Assembly (NCBI GenBank): GCA_913055695.1 | Contig: CAJXKF010000001.1 | Span: 16,354 to 80,353, forward strand | DNA length: 64,000 bases | Direction of reading: 5' to 3' | DNA from: an uncultured Methylophaga sp. | Lineage (GTDB): Bacteria; Pseudomonadota; Gammaproteobacteria; Nitrosococcales; Methylophagaceae | Part shown: positions 60,708 to 64,000 of the stretch, piece after piece | How positions within the stretch are numbered: the stretch's first letter is position 1 | How the letters are laid out: each line of letters begins with the position of its first letter | Notes under the pieces: generated by a model | The model's database searches: none | The model's input: the letters and a program-made list of their open reading frames with translations, nothing else | What the model was told of the DNA's origin: nothing | Made by a program: the position numbers and the translations under genes

Positions 60708-61437
60708 CTGTTTTCCTCGCTTTGGTCTCCGCTGCGCGTAAGATCCCGTGCATGATATGCAGTTCGTTACGATCCAGATCAGCGCGGTTGAACAAGCGCC
60801 GTATACGACGCATCAGATAACGCGGATTGTCCGGATCCAGAAAGCCGATAGTTGCCAGAGAACGCTCGAAGTGAGCATATAAATGAGACAAATCATCGGC
60901 AGTAATGGCTTCCCGCTCTTCCCCTATTCTGCCGAAATCAATCACAGGTTTAAAACTCATCCTCAGTTCGTAAGCCATAACCTGCACAGCGGCCGCCAGA
61001 TTCAGCGAGCTGTAATCGGGATTAGCCGGGATATTCACCAGATACTGACAGCGATCGAGTTCATCGTTGGACAGACCTGAATGTTCACGGCCGAACACGA
61101 TGGCAATCTGCGTATCATCATCAAATTTTTCCAGTTGCTCGACTGTCTGGCGCGGATTCATTACCGGCACATGCAGATGCCGCAGGCGTGCACTCAATGC
61201 AAAGGCATAGTGGCAACCGGATAAAGCCGATTCCAGGCTGTCATGCACTACGGCTTTATGCAGAACATCATCGGCACCGGAAGCCCGGGCAGTCGCTTCC
61301 GCGCTGGGGTAGATCTTGGGTGAGACCAGATGCAGATTGCTTATCCCCATGGTTTTCATCGCCCGCGCCGCGGCACCGATATTACCCGGATGCGTGGTGC
61401 CGACCAGCACAAAGCGAATATTGTCCAGTGAGGTCAT
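60700..61437 (-). CDS. trmJ: tRNA (cytidine/uridine-2'-O)-methyltransferase TrmJ
   Basis: 245 aa SpoU/TrmH-fold protein ([39 protein letters not shown]). Conserved position upstream of the isc locus. Confidence 0.9.
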   Translation of the reverse strand: MTSLDNIRFVLVGTTHPGNIGAAARAMKTMGISNLHLVSPKIYPSAEATARASGADDVLHKAVVHDSLESALSGCHYAFALSARLRHLHVPVMNPRQTVEQLEKFDDDTQIAIVFGREHSGLSNDELDRCQYLVNIPANPDYSSLNLAAAVQVMAYELRMSFKPVIDFGRIGEEREAITADDLSHLYAHFERSLATIGFLDPDNPRYLMRRIRRLFNRADLDRNELHIMHGILRAAETKARKTDE

Positions 61438-62465
61438 GCTTTATTCCTTGTGATAAACATCGCATCGCCATAACTGAAGAAGCGGTAACGCTGCTCAATG
61501 GCATGCTGGTAAGCATTCAGAATATGCTCCCGGCCGGCGAAAGCGGACACCAGCATTAACAGTGTCGACTCAGACAGGTGAAAATTGGTCACCATGGCAT
61601 CGACAGTTCTGAATTCATAACCGGGATAAATAAAAATATCGGTTTCACCCTCAAACGCGGCTATTTCGCCGCTTTGTGAGGCACTTTCGAGCGCACGGAC
61701 ACTGGTGGTGCCTACAGCAATCACCCGCCCGCCTCGATCTCGGGCCGCTTTGACCTGCTTGCAGACCTGTTCGCTGACCTCAATGACTTCACTATGCATC
61801 TGATGAGAGCGAATGTCTTCGACCCGAACCGGCTGGAAGGTGCCGGCACCGACATGCAATGTCAGTGCGGCAGTTTCGATTCCGGCCTGCTCGATACGTT
61901 CCAGCATAGCCTGATCAAAGTGTAGCCCGGCCGTGGGTGCTGCGACAGCACCGGTATTCTGTGCATAAACCGTCTGGTAGCGCTCAAGATCGGCTCTGTC
62001 TACTTCACGCTCGATGTAAGGAGGTAATGGTAGCCGACCAATCGCTTCCAGGGTTTCGACAACTGATTGGGTCTCCAGAAAGCGGAGTTCGAACAGGGCA
62101 TCGTGTCGCCCCAGCACTTCAACTTCCAATTGGTCTTCCAGCACCAGTTTGCGGCCGGTAGCAGGTGACTTGCTGCTACGAACATGCGCCAGGACCCGTT
62201 CGTGATCAAGCACCCGCTCCACCAGCACTTCCACCCGGCCTCCGCTGTCTTTGTGACCCAAAAGACGTGCCGGCATCACCCGGGTGTTATTGAATACCAG
62301 TAAATCATCAGGCTCGAGTAAGCTCATCAAATCAGTGAATTGCAGATCCTGAAGCGAACCATCATTCCCGTTCAATGCCAGCAGACGGCTGGCACTGCGC
62401 TGTTCTGAAGGGTATTGGGCTATCAGTTCTTCTGGCAGGTCAAATCGAAAGTCGCTCGTTTTCAT
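61434..62465 (-). CDS. queA: S-adenosylmethionine:tRNA ribosyltransferase-isomerase QueA
   Basis: The likely start is ATG 62465 ([19 protein letters not shown]); the track ORF extends to 62507. Conserved [10 protein letters not shown] and VGTTSVR. Confidence 0.95.
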   Translation of the reverse strand: MKTSDFRFDLPEELIAQYPSEQRSASRLLALNGNDGSLQDLQFTDLMSLLEPDDLLVFNNTRVMPARLLGHKDSGGRVEVLVERVLDHERVLAHVRSSKSPATGRKLVLEDQLEVEVLGRHDALFELRFLETQSVVETLEAIGRLPLPPYIEREVDRADLERYQTVYAQNTGAVAAPTAGLHFDQAMLERIEQAGIETAALTLHVGAGTFQPVRVEDIRSHQMHSEVIEVSEQVCKQVKAARDRGGRVIAVGTTSVRALESASQSGEIAAFEGETDIFIYPGYEFRTVDAMVTNFHLSESTLLMLVSAFAGREHILNAYQHAIEQRYRFFSYGDAMFITRNKA

Positions 62466-62584
62466 GGACGCGATCATAGCAGAATGCGTCGCTTTGCTTA
62501 GCAACAAATTATGCCGTTTGTGGCAGTGCCCGGCTTCTTATAGTCAGACTGCCAGCTATCGATTTCAGGTTGTTTGTAAGAAAA

Positions 62585-63451
62585 CTAAAGGGAAAGTCCC
62601 GCCAGCCGTTGTTGAATGACTTCTTCCTTATCCAGCAGTTGCGCAATCTGAATGTCATCCAGCCCCAGCAATTCCAATGCAGTGAGATCCATCAGCGTTT
62701 CTTTGTCGTCTTCCGCTGCAATATCAAGCATATAGGTGGCAAATCGAGAACCCGCATGCACTGCTGCAGCGATCTTGGCGGATTCGGTATTGGCATCTAA
62801 TTGTTCAAACGGCTTGATCGATTCCCTCACCTGTACTGGCATTCCCCAGCGATTCACGACCAGTTCAGTCACCTGCTGACTATACTTATTTTCGAGGCGA
62901 TAGACCGTTTCGGGTGTGAGTGTTCTCTCTTCCTGTCGCGCCAGCTCCAGCACGGTCTGGAGAACTGCAGGGCGACCAATGGAGTGCAGCAGACCAGCCA
63001 GAAATGCCGCATCGCTGTTGACGCCACCTTCATTGGCAATTTCTTTTGCCCACAGCGAGGTTGCCAAGGCATGTTGCCAGTTAAATTCAACGTGGTCTTC
63101 ATAGCCGGGGGTATTGAATAATTTGGCGCCGAGAACGGCAGCCAGTGCGATTTCACTGATAACTATCATGCCGAGTCGCGCAACGGCCTGTTGCAGTGAA
63201 ACCAGGTTGGCCAGAGGAGTATATGCGGCGGAGTTGGCAATACGCATGACATGACCGGCCAGCGACTGATCGCGCTCAATAAGCTCAGCCATCTGCGCAG
63301 CACTTGTCTCGGGTTCATGTGCCAGTGTCAATGCCTGACTTGTGACTTCCGGCAACATCGGGACTTCAACGAAGCCTTCAAAAATAGCCTGGTTCAGTGA
63401 TTGTTCGAGACTATCCTGGACAGTATTTGGGACACTTAACTCTTTTTCCAT
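62585..63451 (-). CDS. HDOD-domain signalling protein
   Basis: 288 aa with an HDOD-like helical pattern (LPEVTSQALTL...AELIERDQSLAGHVMRIANSAAY...AGLLHSIGRP). Confidence 0.75.
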   Translation of the reverse strand: MEKELSVPNTVQDSLEQSLNQAIFEGFVEVPMLPEVTSQALTLAHEPETSAAQMAELIERDQSLAGHVMRIANSAAYTPLANLVSLQQAVARLGMIVISEIALAAVLGAKLFNTPGYEDHVEFNWQHALATSLWAKEIANEGGVNSDAAFLAGLLHSIGRPAVLQTVLELARQEERTLTPETVYRLENKYSQQVTELVVNRWGMPVQVRESIKPFEQLDANTESAKIAAAVHAGSRFATYMLDIAAEDDKETLMDLTALELLGLDDIQIAQLLDKEEVIQQRLAGLSL

Positions 63452-63565
63452 GAAACAAACCTAACATAACCACTCTGGTAAGAACCGAGTTTGGCTTGTC
63501 AGCGACTTCCCGGTCAAGCGATATCATCACAAAAGGTGATTCAGATCTCAAACCCAAATTAAGAC

Positions 63566-63594
63566 TTCACTTAAAGAGCGCTAGTCGTTATAAT
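63566..63594 (+). promoter_or_regulatory. Sigma70 promoter for the tRNA-Leu gene
   Basis: TTCACT (63566-63571), a 17-nt spacer and TATAAT (63589-63594), followed by a GC-rich discriminator TTGCGGCC. The tRNA 5' end lies about 15 nt downstream of the -10 element. Confidence 0.65.
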
Positions 63595-63608
63595 TTGCGG
63601 CCTTGGTT

Positions 63609-63693
63609 GCCGGGGTGGCGGAATTGGTAGACGCGCCGGATTCAAAATCCGGTTTCTTCGGAAGTGTGGGTTCGATTCCCACCCTCGGTACCA
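63609..63693 (+). tRNA. tRNA-Leu (anticodon CAA), class II with a long variable arm, CCA encoded
   Basis: Hand-folded. Acceptor GCCGGGG/CCTCGGT with two G-U pairs. D-arm GCG-GAATTGGTAGA-CGC. Anticodon stem CCGGA/TCCGG with loop TTCAAAA. Variable hairpin TTC-TTCG-GAA. T-arm GTGGG-TTCGATT-CCCAC. 85 nt, very similar to E. coli leuX as I recall it. Confidence 0.93.
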
Positions 63694-63738
63694 ACTCAAC
63701 AATTTGTTTCAAAACAATATTTCCTTTAAGAAAATATT

Positions 63739-63760
63739 AAATTGGCACCAAATTGGCACC
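63739..63760 (+). repeat. Tandem direct repeat 2 x 11 bp (AAATTGGCACC) immediately downstream of the tRNA
   Basis: Exact duplication at 63739-63749 and 63750-63760. Read through, it gives TGGCACC-AAAT-TGGCA, which has sigma54-like GG/GC spacing. Confidence 0.6.
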
Positions 63761-63763
63761 ATT

Positions 63764-63890
63764 CGTGGGTTTTCCCACTCCTCACTTCTGGACCCAACAT
63801 CCAACCTTGACAAATACCCACTATTTATCATGGAGTTAGACTTGTCTAGACCTCTCAAACTTATCGTTTTCCTCCGTGGTTTTTCCCACT
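63764..63890 (+). repeat. Two copies of a 16-bp hairpin-forming motif CGTGG(G/T)TTTTCCCACT, 111 bp apart
   Basis: 63764-63779 is CGTGGGTTTTCCCACT and 63875-63890 is CGTGGTTTTTCCCACT. Each contains the inverted repeat GTGGG/CCCAC or a near match. They lie in AT-rich, apparently non-coding DNA. Confidence 0.55.
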
Positions 63891-64000
63891 TCTCTATACC
63901 TCCCACTACAAAGTTTCAGAAATATTTGAAAAGTCTGGCTCTCTGAGCATCATAGCGCCCGGTCGAATTAAGATTTATTCTGAGCGTCTCCAGGTTCCGA

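Noticed and set aside
63704-63946. 80-aa plus-strand ORF downstream of the tRNA (and its 65-aa antisense partner)
   Set aside because: The region is AT-rich. The translation is dominated by the two nucleotide repeats (RGFSHSS / RGFSHFS). There is no SD and the composition is not protein-like. It was treated as non-coding repeat DNA.

Overview
A 64-kb chromosomal segment that looks gammaproteobacterial. The evidence is synteny: ftsB-ispD-ispF-truD, eno-kdsA-pyrG, tilS-accA ... dnaE, trmJ-cysE-iscR-iscS and divergent ampD/nadC. About 60 protein genes are present and almost all lie on the minus strand. One tRNA-Leu(CAA) sits at the right edge. No rRNA, CRISPR array, transposase or integrase is visible.

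Most of the window is housekeeping:
- a complete SUF operon with its Rrf2 regulator
- isoprenoid genes, enolase, CTP synthase, KdsA, DnaE, AccA, TilS, QueA, TrmJ, CysE, BioA, CysG and AhpCF
- peptidoglycan recycling genes ampD and nagZ plus an L,D-transpeptidase

The parts worth a second look are:
1. **1-9971.** A non-canonical type IV filament operon built on three oversized prepilins. One has a 39-aa leader. It also carries GspL-like, GspM-like and GspE-like components and a neighbouring PglL/O-antigen-ligase-like gene. An 18-bp inverted repeat brackets that gene.
2. **32653-35469.** A PilB-like plus PilT/PilU-like ATPase pair wedged between dnaE and accA.
3. **42372-49159.** A MoxR / DUF58 / VWA / TPR operon whose gene order copies the mxaRSACKL accessory set. 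It has an extra VWA paralog.
4. **53862-53933.** A 23-aa pqqA gene missed by the ORF track, with none of pqqBCDE beside it.
5. **55471-57911.** A translationally coupled GCS2-type ligase plus AstE/aspartoacylase-type hydrolase pair.
6. **57927-59921.** A stripped-down isc locus (iscR-iscS-iscA only). The SUF operon carries a SufU-type scaffold.
7. **9935-10107.** A plus-strand intrinsic terminator with no plus-strand gene, which may mark an sRNA.

Every functional call rests on motif recognition by eye. No database search was possible.
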